Of a stretch of DNA of 64,000 nt, positions 46,942-60,355 are shown in pieces. A program made the position numbers and the translations under genes. Numbering within the stretch: position 1 is the stretch's first letter; the number at the start of each line of letters is the position of its first letter. Origin of the DNA: Azolla caroliniana (taxonomy: Eukaryota > Plantae > Polypodiophyta); the NCBI GenBank assembly GCA_043228905.1, contig JBHGNT010000005.1, positions 3,038,001 to 3,102,000 on the forward strand, given 5' to 3'. Under the pieces are notes generated by a model. The model saw only the letters and a program-made list of their open reading frames with translations. It was not told the origin of the DNA and made no database searches.

Positions 46942-47110
46942 GGAGAAAAGGGGTATGATAATAATGCTTTGATGCAGATGATTGCATGTGCTGTGATGTT
47001 GAGTTTGGATCAGCCTGTTGTCTTGCACTTGCTGGACATTCCCCATGCTAATGAATCCTTGAATGGAGTGAAAATGGAGCTGATTGATGCAGCCTTTCCT
47101 TTACTTCAAG
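46942..47110 (+). pseudogene. Orphan, degenerate exon of cytosolic NAD-malate dehydrogenase
   Basis: [57 protein letters not shown], compared with the cytosolic MDH consensus [54 protein letters not shown]. It is followed by a GTAGT donor at 47111. No other MDH exons were recognised. Confidence 0.85.
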
Positions 47111-50100
47111 GTAGTAACACTGATATGATCTTCTTTTCCATTTATGTTGTCAGGATAATTGAGATGGAGGTTTATATACATGGATATAGAAGTGAGATTA
47201 GATGTATGGATGTATAAATCCTGACAGATGCAATCAGTCCTGAAACGGAATTCTTGCCATCTAGGCAATAATGCCCTTGAATGATTTCAGAGATAGGATC
47301 TAACCCATAGTAGCATGATATGCATGGCATGAATCTTGAACATTTAATAGAAGGACCATTGCAAATTTTCTTTGCCAGGGTTTTTGCTACAACAGATTTG
47401 GAAGCTTGCAAAACATTGCAAACATTGCAATGGTGTAAATATTTGAGCTCTTCTACATAGGATGGAAAGAAAATATGACAATAAGCAGTTGTGGGAAACC
47501 CTTGATTTGGCGTGTCAGAGTCTACAATTGACTTGATGACTAAAATTTTCAACCCCCACAATTTGAAATAGTATTTCAACTTGTATAGAAATTACGTGTC
47601 GTTCTATTGTAATCAATGTCTCATTTCATCCTGGACCTAAGATTTTATGGAGATTGACCCTTGGCGAACATTTTTACATGAGATGTTGAAATCTTTGGTA
47701 GGTAATGGATTTGTTTTAACTTTTAAACATTTGTTCTCTAAAGCTAAAATTTCAGGAGTGAACAATTAGTGTTCATGATCTCAAATTAAAGTTTTTGAAC
47801 GTGCATTGCATTTCTATATTTTAATGTGAATCCCTATATTGTTTATAAAGCCAAAACGTTCATAATATAATATCATGTTAATTTATTAATGATTTTGTAA
47901 ACAGTATATTTGTGTTATGCTTGCAAGTTGCAACTTAGTAATGTTAGATCAAGTTTTATATGTGGAATGTAAATGCATGCGTGTGTGAAACCTAACAGGG
48001 TGCATTTGTATACGAGAAGTTTACAATACATAATGTTGTATATGTATGTATTATTTTCAAACAAGTCAATAGTATGTTTGCATATGCATTTAGAATCACA
48101 TCCAAACTTATTGATGATGCAAAATCCGTGGAACATTTATAGGTGTGGGTAGGGCACAAGCAAACCTTGTGCACCAAACAAACGAAATTCCAGTATGTGG
48201 AATTTATATTACATAATATATTAAAATAATGGTAATGGGTGCACAATCTAGAAATTGCTCTCATTTCCATATTAAGAATGAGATAGCTTCTCACAAATTA
48301 CAATGGAATGCCATTTTTGGAACCTATATGTGATGTACACTATTTTGTGGAAACCTTTATTCTTTATGAAAAGCTCTATAGAACCCAATACTTTAGATAG
48401 GAAAGTAAAAAGGAAATAGTCACATTGATTTCGTAGGATTTGTCACCATTGTAGAATAATCCACATGGTTGAGCCCAAACGTCATACTAAAGAATATTGA
48501 TAAAATAAGTATCTGCTTGGACAATTGCAACTTGCAAGCTAAATGCAAACACTTTGAACGACCTCCTTTTTGCATTTACATTTATATGGACACTCAAAGT
48601 GATGAGGATATTCTTCGTCTTTTATACACCATGACCTATACTTCATGAGTACATTGACTTGGTTTCACCGTAGCCTCAGGGCTCGTGGTTCGGGTGGTGG
48701 GAGGTAGGGGATTCGTGGATGTCAGCCGACCAATCGTAGTAGTCTATGGAGAGGGAGTCGTGGAGGTGGGACTTGGAGTTGAATTCGGACTCATCGGTGG
48801 TGTCGAGGGGGTAGGAGTTATGAGGAGGAGAAGAAGAGTGGGAGGAAGTGGTAGTGGTATTTTTAAGGCACCTCTAAAGCTTTTTTGTCCCAAACCAGTT
48901 TAGGGATCCGTTTGGTTAAGGTTTGAGAACCCCAAAATGGTTTAGGATTAACCAGTTTGGCTTGAATAATCGAGTACCCTATATATGTGTGTCGGTACAT
49001 GCATAGCTTGGCAATGCTATAGTTGGGTCGTTAAAATGTTTTTTATTACTCAACCTAGGGGGAAAAAACAATCCTAACCATATGGTAGATATACTCATGA
49101 TTAGTCGTTGCTTAAAACGTTAATTTTTTTACATAATGTGACTAAAGTAATTATTTATTTTGCCAAGAAAAATAGTGCATTAGTATTAAGAAATGTCCTA
49201 AGGTTGTTCATGGAATATATAGATATCTAGGTAATGACCTCCATGCTAAGTTCTAACTAGCGGCTTAAATAAATACTTTGGTGTAGAGTAGAACCACACA
49301 ACCTTGTCCTAAATTTGCCTATAGATATTGTTGTGACTAAAGTAATTCAACTTTATATTATCTAACTAATCAACAATTATAATTAATCTTGGATAACAAG
49401 TGTAGATCCCAATCAATATAAAAAAACACGTTTGTTTATACGATTTAATGCATAATCGCAAAGCTATGGTTTACGTCAAGATAAAGATAACTACATAGAC
49501 AAAGTTGACTAATTGAAGAAAGCCCCATTGTTTCGTTGTGTTGCTACCATTGTAATTATGTGTTTTATGTGAAGAAAAGTAGATTTTAAATAATGGTATG
49601 TAGGTGGCTTTGTAGTGGGCCATTGTTAATGTGTTTGTTCAAAACAAAGAAATAGCTAGAACCATGTAAAAGTAATAGCATCAATGATGCAAAATATAAC
49701 ATTTGATGGTAAGTCGGTCTTTGCTTCGATTTGAACTCCCTTAATCGACTCTTATCCCCATATTGGCTTTTTTTAAAAGTTGATTTCGGGCCTAATTGAT
49801 TATATAACAATAAATGATAAATTAAGTGTTTAATTCAAGTATTTGAAGGCTCACATTAATCTTCAAAAAGATCCTTAATGTAGCATTTGGGTTAGAGTAT
49901 TGAATAATAGAAAAGGATCGTGCATTTAATTAGAGGATATATTGATCTCAAAAACGATTTAATGCGAACCTAACATTTCCATTTAGAAGTGCACAATGGT
50001 TTATCAATCTAGATAGCATTACTTTTCACTCGGGTTTGGTTAAGGAGATGTCTTTCTCAATGTTATGCCACTTGTGGCCTTCATCGGGCCCTTTTTGCTA

Positions 50101-51524
50101 AAAATGTGACATTAAATGGGACTTAAATGTTTTAGAATCAATTTTACACCAGAACACAGTGTTAAACATTGCAATTTTTGTTACCTTTCTATGTCAGTTC
50201 GCTTAAGTGTCATTGAAATTCAGATTGTTGTTGGACCCACATGCTAATTAGAACTAACATTGGCCAATCTCCTAACATCTCAATTAGACTATGCTTCTTT
50301 GACGTGACCCTTTGAATGTTGACTAGAATGTGGAATTTCACACAATCTATTATATTCAAGGTTGTCTTTCATGCACTTAATGATTTTTAGAAAATGGATA
50401 GACTTTTAGCTTAGCTATGTAACTCACTACAAAACAATGAGAGACATTTGGCTTATCTATTTGAAGGGTCATTATTCTTCATACTTAACATAGATTAGAC
50501 CAAGGCTCAAGAGGTGGTAGAGACAATAGAAGGTTGTGTAGGAAGGTGGACCATATGTTGTTCACTACAATTATCAACATCGAAATGCATACTTTGTTTT
50601 GGGGAATGATGTTTAGGATGAGTTCAATGGTATGCATTTATATTAGTTATCTCTAACTATGCATAAAGAGATAAAATTAGTTAAACGTTTCAAGTTCTCA
50701 TGGTAACATGTATTGTTCGTGCAAATTATGGTTATGTGGTTTAATGAACAAATAGGGAGATAAATTTAGATGTGCATGTGAGAACCAACGTCCCAAAAAT
50801 CAGGACTTTATAGGAACTTTTTTGGGGGACTTTATAGGAACTTTTCTCCCCTAGATTAATTTTTATGAATATTAGATTGAAGGTACAATAACTACCTCTA
50901 AATTATGAGATGGTTGTAACTAGGGTTAAAAGATCACCATCAACAAAATTAAGATGCTCATTACTGCACAATACATTGTCGTCTCAAGCAATTCAGATGA
51001 AGCTAGGTTGCATCGACACGGTGCAAAAATGCAAGCATTGGAGATGGGGTGGATCAAGACATGATGAGGGTTGCATGACACAAATGATCAACCTTTTAGA
51101 TGCTAGTGAAAGATGGGGTTGGACAAAGGGTGGAATTTTGTGAGGCACACATCGAAGAGCAAAAAACTTGTGGTGGCTGAGGCACAAATGGACGGTCTTC
51201 TTCAATCTTAGGGGTGAACGAATCTTTGGAAGAGAAAAAAAAAATGATACTAGCAATACATTACAAAGATGTTATTCCTATTTAGGATTGCAAAGAATGT
51301 AAATTGTAAATTGTAATAATAACAATGAATGATCCAAGAATGTAATAATAATGATGATAAAAAATAACCTTTGAAATCTGTGGTGGCAAAATATAGTCTC
51401 AATCATTGCTCCTCTCTCTCTCTCTCTCTCTCTCATCCATGTGTAGCTAGCTAGCTAGGCTATATATGAAGAAGTAAAAAAGAACCAGCCCACAAGGTGT
51501 GTTAGATCAGGATAAAAAGAGGAC

Positions 51525-51566
<42 letters not shown>

Positions 51567-51591
51567 GGCTTGCTTGCTTGCTTACACCATC

Positions 51592-53057
51592 ATGTTGGAG
51601 GGCAAAGCAGCCATGGGGGAGACAGACATGCCTGTGGTTATGCAACACCATGCCATGAGATGTGCAAGCAGAGCTCTGGATATCCATGATGTCAGTGATT
51701 GCCAGAGCATAGCTGCTTACATGAAGAAGGTGAGGCTTAATAATCCTACCCCTTTTCACACAACATTTGTTAAAGTCTTTTGTCTCATTAAAGATCAAAT
51801 ATTTCCCCAAGCTCATTATTTGTTCATTGGTATATACGCAATTTTGCATTCACTTGTATCCATCTCTTGCCTAATGGGTATGGATTGATTGGGCCAAATT
51901 AAGCTTTTCTGATTGGAGTTACTTTGCTAATTCACTGTCATTCTCTCATCATGCCAACTTACACTTGTTCTAATCACTAGTCCTAGAAAGCACCATCTAA
52001 GAGTCACATGTTAACCACTCCACATACGCCAATGTCTATCTATGGATATATCTACTCGTGGGGTAATGTTACATTAATGTCATTCTTCTCGATCTATGAC
52101 TTCCCCTACACATACACAGCACTTGTTCAATGCAAGATCTAATATGCAAGAACCACATCCATCTCAATAACATATGCCAACAGCTTGATGTCATTCCTAT
52201 TGATGATTATCTATAATGCTCAAGAAGCACATCCACATTGATAATAATATATGCAAATCCCATTCCTATTGGTACATGTTTGTATGATGGCATACACTTA
52301 TAACATTATCTACATACTAACTCCTATATGTTCTTTGTAAACTTTAGATGATCCCAAGGTTCAAACGATGACTCATTAATATGTTACATGTCTATATAAT
52401 TGATGCACTAATTGCCTTCTCAATTCCGCTTTTCTCCCCTAAGCCAAATGTTGTTCTTCATGTGGTCTCAAAACAAGTATCGCGTCAAAAGATTTGCTAA
52501 TGGCATTCCTACTAGTCAATATGCATACTCTACTTCGTTTATCTTGTGTTGTATGACCAATTATTCTCTTCCATTCTTCATTAATGCAAACTAGTTTGTG
52601 GGAGTGCTTGAATCCATCTACATATGCTCATCATTAAGGCTTAGTATATCGGATAGTTTTCTAAATGAATGCTCATATTGCACATTCTGTTGTCTAACCC
52701 TCTAATGAAGTATTTATCTCGTCATGTTAGGTGATGAATGAATATTTATCATAGTAATGTATCAAGATGATTTTTCTTGTTTTATAAATGAATGCATGAC
52801 ATATTATACATTGTGTTGTCTAACTCTCTAATGACGTATTTATATTCATCATTTTAGGTGATAAATGAATATTTATCATATTAATGTATCAAGATGATTT
52901 TTTCTTGTCTCAGGAGTTTGATAAATGTTATGGTCCTGGATGGCAATGTGTTGTTGGCACACATTTTGGATCATTTGTGACTCATGCAAGAGGAAATTTT
53001 ATTTATTTCGGTTTGGAGAAGCTCGCTTTCTTGCTTTTTAAAGGAGCACCCTTTTAA
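51592..53057 (+). CDS. Dynein light chain LC8/type 1 family protein (93 aa, 2 exons)
   Basis: Exon 1 51592-51729: MLEGKAAMGETDMPVVMQHHAMRCASRALDIHDVSDCQSIAAYMKK|GTGAGG. Exon 2 52914-53057: EFDKCYGPGWQCVVGTHFGSFVTHARGNFIYFGLEKLAFLLFKGAPF*. CT-rich leader, and TATATA at ~51460. Confidence 0.95.
52675..52908. repeat. ~126-bp tandem duplication at the 3' end of the LC8 intron
   Basis: ATATT..ACATT.TGTTGTCTAAC.CTCTAATGA...AATGTATCAAGATGATTTTTCTTGT occurs twice (~52675 and ~52801). Only the second copy is followed by the CTCAG acceptor. Confidence 0.8.
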
Positions 53058-56027
53058 ACCCAAAAGCCTCGACTTTGCATTACCCATACCATTGTTATCT
53101 ATAATTTGCAAGAACAACCTTGAGAATACATTACATATACCATAGTTATCCATAACCTTTTCACCATTCTATTAATTGAGAGCTATCGTCCAGAAACATT
53201 TATCAATTTAATCAAATAAATGTCTTGTAAATACTTACATCCTTTGTTTTGATCTCTCTTTCATTGACAATGCAATGCAAAAGAAATTTATTCTTATTTT
53301 CCCCTTGCTTTTTGTGTCGGACATTACGATTTGATGTGCAACCTAGAGTCTACACCTTAAAGGGACATGTCTTTTTAGAATATGACAATCTTATTGGAAT
53401 GTCAAATTTCTATCTTTGTAGGTAGTCCATCAATATTTGAAAAGCTCAAATACACAACATTTTCATAAATTCACATGATGTTATAGAAAATGTCGTGTAT
53501 TTAGTTTCATAACTTGATATGATAAAACATGTAAAGTTTACTCAAACATACATATAACATTATAGAAAGATGAATCAATCCACCATGGAAACCAATTAAT
53601 GAGATAAACCCATAGAATAGCATGAAAGATAATATTTCTACACATAGGTTAGAAAATACTCATTAATCAACACTATGTTTTTGAGAATGATTGGATTCTT
53701 CTAATTTGCGTATCTTTCCAATCTTTAAAGCATTTGCTTCGGATAAGCTCTTTGAAATTGGTATATCTATTGATAACCACAAACATAAATAAGCTTAAAC
53801 TTTCAAGAGAGATTTGATTTTGATGCAACACGGGATATAAAACAATTTCTCACCCTCATAGTAAAATATCATCATTCTCCTTTACATTCTTCTTGGTTAA
53901 TCAACGTACATGAATCCTTTCCAAAATGATTGCATAACACATGTCAACATGCTCACATATCACCTAATTTGTCTAGTTCTTGGCTATAGTACTTTTGACA
54001 AGAGAGCTTCGTAGTGTAGAATATAATGAGGTCATTCTTCAAATGATCACATAATGTAGTAATTAGATTCGTTATGTAGCTTTGACATAAATGGATCATA
54101 TTAGCATTTATATGTCATATTTTTAATGCATGTTCACGTCATCACCTTTATAGATTAGACCAAAGGTGGGTTATGACCCGTTTAATGTTGTTTTTACATA
54201 TATGACATTTCAAAGGCTCTGGATGGATGAATGGATGTCAAAGTCTTTACGAGTTGTCGGCGTTCTTGCTATCCCTATTTCGAAAATGATGGTTCAATTT
54301 TTTTCCAATGAGATTCCATGGATGAAATATTAAACACTTGTCCTTGTGGTGACCATGGATATTGGTTTTGATATACTTGCACTTTATGGAGTGAAATAAA
54401 ATGAATTATTGTCAAAGTCTTCTTTGGCATAAAATAGTTCATTCGATAATTGCATCAAATGATCGCTACAAGACACCACACCGATTCATATCGATGCTAA
54501 GAACCATTGCAATAAGGCTCTAATAGAGCAAAGTAGAAAAGAATAAGCACATTAAATAATGAAGAAATTAAAAAAGAGACTTGTCACGGGCCATAACATT
54601 GGATATATGATAGAGAACAATGGATATTCACTCACTCTTGTAAATGCAATTAGAAAGCTTCTTTTGCAACCAATTGTAGCAAAGTTTTTGTACTTGGAAA
54701 TGGAGAGAATCCAATCCGCAACCAATATTTCTTTCAACAAAATACTCATTCCATTTGTTAATGAAGTTAAAACCCACATTTCGATGCTCATAATGATCTT
54801 AGGGTACAATTTTTTCATAGAATTCCACTCGTTCAATTTATTTGTTGATAACAATTGAAGTTAATCATTAATACCTTGAACTCTTGAGTTTTTAGCATCC
54901 CAAGCAAGACAATTAGCTACACTTTACTTATTAAAGGCTTCATGCAGTGCAAAACCACCATTCTTCTCACTTCCATAGGATTAAATTATTATTTATGGTG
55001 GTGTGCTATAGGGTTATGTTATTTGGCATAGATATTGCTAGCTATATTTCTAGATCTTGGGTGTTTGAATGATACTTTTGCGCATAAATTTCAAATGGCA
55101 CATGGATTGACGTGAACTGTCATTCCCCAATATGGTGCCCAAACAAGAGAGAGTGAGTACCCACCATCATTAACATATCTCTAGACCTTGATCAAACCAT
55201 GGATTATTCATTTGCTCCAGTTTATTTATTTTGCAGGGTTGTGTTGTTGCTAATGGCACATATCGGGAACCACCTCTAAACCAAATACAAATGCTCGAAA
55301 GCATACTATTTAAAAGTAATCATCATTGTACGTAAAAGATAAATTTTTTGGGAGAAGATTTTGAGTCTTCTACATCTAACCTATGAAGCAATGTAGATAC
55401 TAATAAGGTAAAAAAGAAAAGAAAAATTGAAGCATGTACACCAAGCCCCTATGTATGTAAGGGGGGATAATTAAGCTAAAAGCTTTCTATTGTATGTGTA
55501 GAGTCAATCTAATTAAATATAGTGTTCATTGTTAACATTCATTTTGTGTTTATCTTTTTTCTTTTGAGTACAAAGATATCGTGGCACAACTTCATATTAT
55601 CTTTGTACTTTTGTGTATAAAAGTTCTTGTGTTCAACTCCCTATCCCACATTACCCTCATCACCCTACTCTTCTTACCCTAAGAATCCATGCCACTTTCC
55701 GTTAGCCAATTCTTCTTCTCGAATGTTGTCAAAATGATCATCATGCAACTCTAAGTGCCACAATAAATGGTGAGATAAGGCATAGAATGTTTCAAGCTAG
55801 AGTGAAAAATGTGTTTAAAACTTAGAAAAGTATGGCATGAAAATTGAAAATTGAGCTGAAAACTTAGAAAAACATGCAAGTGCTACAATAAATGGTTAAA
55901 AAGTGTACTTAATTTTGAAAACAAAAAATGGTTAAAGAGTCTTTAAAACTTTGAAAAGGATGGAAAGAGCAAAAAGTTCAAGATTTTTGCAACATTATTC
56001 ATGAAAAAGTGCAAAAGTGTAGAATGT

Positions 56028-57315
56028 TGGAGACGGTTTATGTCATTGCCAATACAAGACCAAGCCAACATCCTCCATGGAAACAGGGGTGGATGGGCTA
56101 TGAGATCTGAAATAATTAACGCTCTACTGATTAGGGAAGATGCTCATCAAAGGACGACAAAGGAGAAATGGATAGGTTACAAGGAGGAGGGCTCTTTGCT
56201 CCCAAGAGGTAGGGACACACCGCATAGGATTGAAGGCTCTGAACTACAGGACAATGAGACATCAACACAACATAAGGCAATTCGAGTACTAACATATACT
56301 GGGCATAAATGGATTGTAGATCTTGATCCAATCAAAGTACAACCAGATTGGCACATATATACTCATGAAAACACATGGCTACGTAAGGTCAGTTGGGACC
56401 CTTTGCAATGGACATGGTGTGATCCTTACGCGGGTCAAGGAAGCAAACCTATCCCTTTCTTTTAATTCACAACTAGATTGGGTCGTCATATTATAGCCAC
56501 TCAATTTGCCCGAGATCTAGATGCTGCAAAGGTTTGGAAAACATATCATGTTCCTTACACAATTATCACCAAGTTTTGGCAGAAACTCTAGAAACAACAA
56601 CACGCAAGGCGAATCACCATTTTCCAATGGCTATTAATACATAGGTCACACCCGGTTGGTGCATGGCAGCGTGGGAACCTCAACTCTCCTAATTGTGTAG
56701 CGTGTCCAACTCTAGTAGAATCAATACGACACGCTCTATGGGACTGCCCAAAGTCCCATCGAATATGGCGGGGGGTTGGCCGCTTATTGCAATTATGCTA
56801 GGTGCAAGGCTCAATCAAGTGGGGGAATGTATGTTGGCTATCATGGTAGGCCCCAGTTGACAGATATGAGCATCAGGAATAAGGGATGACTTTGGTTATA
56901 AAAGCACAAGAGGTTTTTTTTCTTCACCATCGACAATATCCACTCAACTCCTATTAGTGCCAAATCTCAAGTTGTGTTGGACTTGGTCAACCCAATAACT
57001 CTTTGGATTTTATGGAAACAACGGTGTAGACGAGGCTTCTCCAACCAAAGCGCGCAACCAATAATGTTAATGAAGAGATATGGAGTGAAGCTGTAGCCAC
57101 TCTAAAGATCCAATATGATGACCTCAAGGGCGACTCCGATAGAGTTGAAATACAACGACTAGCCTTTATCCAACAATGGTCGTCCTCTCCTTTTCTCGAG
57201 GCAGTGGGCATCCACATAAGATGGATCTATCGTGTCCCTATAGGGATTTGTATATAATAATCTCATCTGTGAAATCTTTATAACTAATGGAATGAATTTT
57301 TTTTGGAAAAAAAAA
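56028..57315 (+). mobile_element. 5'-truncated degenerate L1 (ORF2 C-terminal third + 3' end)
   Basis: Contains WIVDLDP...VSWDPLQWTW...FF*FTTRLGRHI, KFWQKL...FQWLLIHR..PVGAW...C..C...ESIRHALWDCPK and IWSEAVATLKIQYDDLKGDSD. It ends TAACTAATGGAATGAA-Tn-GG-An at 57281-57315. Confidence 0.85.
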
Positions 57316-57539
57316 GAACTTCTAGAAAAGATCCAAAAAAAAGAAAAAGTTCAACATTATTTATTGAAAAATGTGCCAATCTTAAAATGTGTTGCAATAT
57401 TCATCCTTGATTACTCCCTCTTCGTGTTCTCCATCTTTCTTCCTCTTCATTCTTGCCCGTGTCTCCTACCTCTTCTTGTTTCTTCTACCACTCCTTCATT
57501 TCTTTCCTTTTGGTTCTTCTCTTATAGTTGCTTGTGTTT

Positions 57540-58238
57540 TTTTTTCCAAAACAAAAACTCCTTCCATTAGTTATAAAATTTTACAAAATAGAATGTTATA
57601 TACAAATCCTTGTAGGGATGTGATAATTCCATCTTATGTGGAGGCCCATGGACTCAAGAAATGGAGAGAATGACCATTGTTGGATGAAGGCTAATCATTG
57701 TCTTTCAACTCCATCAGATCTACATATGAGGCTATCGTATTGGCTCTTTAGAGTGGCTACAACTTCACTCCATATCTCCTGCAATAACATTACTTGATGC
57801 ACGGTTTGGTTGGAGAAGACCGTCTACACCGTTGTTTGTATATTAATAGGAGCTTTGGCATTAATAAGAGTTGAGTGGATATTGTCAAAGATGGAAGAAA
57901 AGATCTCTTGTGCTTTTATCACAAAAGTCATTCCTTCCTCCTAATATTCATATCTGTCAATCGGGGCCGACCATGATAACCAACATACATTTCCCCACGT
58001 GATTGTGCCTTGCACTTGGTATAATTGCAATAGGCGACCCATCCCTCACCATATTCGATGGGTCTTTGAGAAGTCCCACAGAGTGTGTCGTATTAACTCT
58101 ATTGCATTTGGGCGCACCACATAATTACGAAAGCTTGGCTCCCATGCAACCATGCTCCAACCTGTAGTGACCTAGGTATTAATAGCCATTGGACATAGTA
58201 AATCGCCTAGCGTGTTGTTTCCATATTTTTTTGTCCAA
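57540..58238 (-). mobile_element. 5'-truncated L1 copy with 17-bp TSD, tail-to-tail with the previous copy
   Basis: Reverse-complement homology to ~56600-57315. TSD TATAGTTGCTTGTGTTT (57523-57539) and TATAGTTGCCCGTGTTT (58239-58255). Terminal motif at 57564-57573. Confidence 0.85.
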
Positions 58239-58494
58239 TATAGTTGCCCGTGTTTATGTACATATATCGTAAAAATATGATATGCATGTTTCAATAATGG
58301 CACCTTTCTCATGACTAAAACATGTCATTTCAAAGAGAAACATTACATGGTGATACGTTGGTCATAATAGCTACAACCTAGAGAAACCTCCTCTTGCTTC
58401 CATAGTGGAGTCTTTTGCTATGGTTGTATTCCATTTGATCAAGTCTCTCCACCGTTTCATAATCAAATATCTCCATCATTTCATGCTCGTGTTG

Positions 58495-58632
58495 TCATTT
58501 GTTAAGCTTTCTCCTCTACTTTAGTACGAAGTAAGCTTTTCTCATCTACTTTAGGAAGTTGTGTTGTGATTTGTTAAGCTTTCTCCTCTACTTTAGTGGG
58601 AAGTAGCCTTTCTCATCTATTTTGGGAAGTTA
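58495..58632. repeat. Short tandem repeat (AGCTTTCTC(C/A)TCTACTTTAG x4, in two higher-order units)
   Basis: TTTGTTAAGCTTTCTCCTCTACTTTAG...GAAGTA.GC.TTTCTCATCTA.TTT.GGAAGTT occurs twice. Confidence 0.7.
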
Positions 58633-59674
58633 TGAACTCAATTTTGTTGATTAAATTTTATCATTGTCTTCTTTCAACTTTGTCAATTTTGAATTTAAAA
58701 GTGAATGAGGACATATAATATCGAACAAACTACCAAATATAATGTCGATTGTGTAATGAAATTGAAAAACTACCAAATGTGTTTTTCCATTAGATAAGCA
58801 ATTTGGTCATGCTAAAAACGCATTTGTCATGCTATAATATCTAGTCACCTTACCTATACACTCTCTTGTAAGAAGGAGACTGCAATCGGGTCATCGAACA
58901 ACTTATTGGATGACATGCAAAAAAACACCACATGTTGCGGAAAGGGAAAGAAAACAACACGAATAATGAAAAGAAAGAGAAACTTTTGAGACAAGACAAA
59001 CACAACAAATGAATGCAAAACTCGTTTGTAGTATAAAGAATCATAATTTGGAGAAAGGAAAAACAATTAAAAATGAATAAGAATAAAGTTTTAACAATAA
59101 GACAAAGCAAACCAAGGGAATGAGAGGAAAGGTTTTCCAACATGAGGATTAACAAGCTACATAATAGAAAAGCCAAACAAAGATTGACAAAGAAGGAGAA
59201 AGTAAATAATGGTGTTTGTGATAAAACAAATAAAATAATCAGAGAAATATTTTGTAACGAGGCAAAGGAAAGGATTGTTGACAAGAATGAAGAAGAACAA
59301 AACCTAATGGATAAGGCAAAAGAAATTAAAGAAAGATTTTGGTATTGCATGAATAAGAAGAAGGAATGCATTGTTGATGAGAAAAAAGACAATGAACAAC
59401 AAGAGATGAGGGAATGTTATGGAAACAAAGATCTATGGGTCGATGCCAATGATGCAAAGAAGAATAAAAAGAAAGAGACATTGGTTTGTGACAAATAAAC
59501 ATCACATTGAAGGAAAACGTTACTCTACAAAAAGAGTTCCTATTTGTGGTGGTCCATGGTTGAGCAATCCTCCACAAGAAAGGCTCTTCCATCCAAGTTT
59601 CTAGAGCCGAGCCAAAGGTCTCATCTCCATCTCTTATCTTTTCTTGAGAAAGAGCTTACACTTGCATGGTAGGG

Positions 59675-60355
59675 TGTTGAGAACCCACTTGTGTGTGTAC
59701 ACTTTTAAATCAAATAGTGTCTTTGAGAATGGTTATTACTACCAAGGGGAATGTACACATATGATATCAAACATTGTTGACAATCAATGTTAAACTTTTC
59801 ACTTGTAAGTTTGGGAAACACAAAGTGTTGTTGATAGTGTGAAATGCACATAGAAATGGTACACCACAATAGGGACAAGCAAACCATCAATTTCTATATC
59901 AAGGTAAATTTCGTTAAAAACTAGACGAATCTTCAACACTATGTTTTCTCATGTCTAGGCATTTTCCTTTATTTCACTTGATTCATGTTAAATTCTCTCC
60001 CTAATCATTTAGAAGATAGTGTTATGTTGAGATGTTATGAAGTTGAAGGCGAGGGTCAATGGGGCCCCTATCTAGTTGCTTGATGTAGATTGAACTTCCA
60101 TTTCTGCAATTGGAAGTGGATGTTTCTATTCCAACTCCCTACAAAGGATAGTGTTATGTTGAGATGTTATGAAGTTGAAGGCGAGGGTCAATGGGGCCCC
60201 TATCTAGTTGCTTGATGTAGATTGAACTTCCATTTTTGCAATTGGAAGTGGATGTTTCTATTCCAACTCCCTACAAAGCCCTCTAACTCAATTGCTATGC
60301 CTCTTCATTTTCTCATTGTGTACTTTACCCTCTTCATTTTCGTGCTTCTTGAACA
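59675..60355 (+). mobile_element. Putative LTR (TG...CA) with internal 132-bp tandem duplication, preceded by an A-rich retroelement-like internal remnant
   Basis: It starts TGTTGAGA after a purine-rich GGTAGGG and ends TCTTGAACA, giving short inverted termini. Near-perfect repeat 60015-60146 / 60147-60278 (one mismatch seen). No partner LTR in the window. Confidence 0.5.

Noticed and set aside
48660-48903. Pro/Ser/Thr-rich minus-strand stretch resembling an extensin/PRP fragment
   Set aside because: It is short, interrupted by a stop, and has no start, signal peptide or splice structure.
53400-55000. ORFs 54552-54854 (-) and 54559-54858 (+), faintly reminiscent of a very old RT/transposase
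   Set aside because: No diagnostic motif could be read with confidence; a profile search is needed.
58850-59604. Lys/Glu-rich ORF (+) and Phe/Leu-rich 180-aa antisense ORF (-)
   Set aside because: These reflect compositional bias in A-rich, decayed retroelement-like sequence, with no recognisable protein family.
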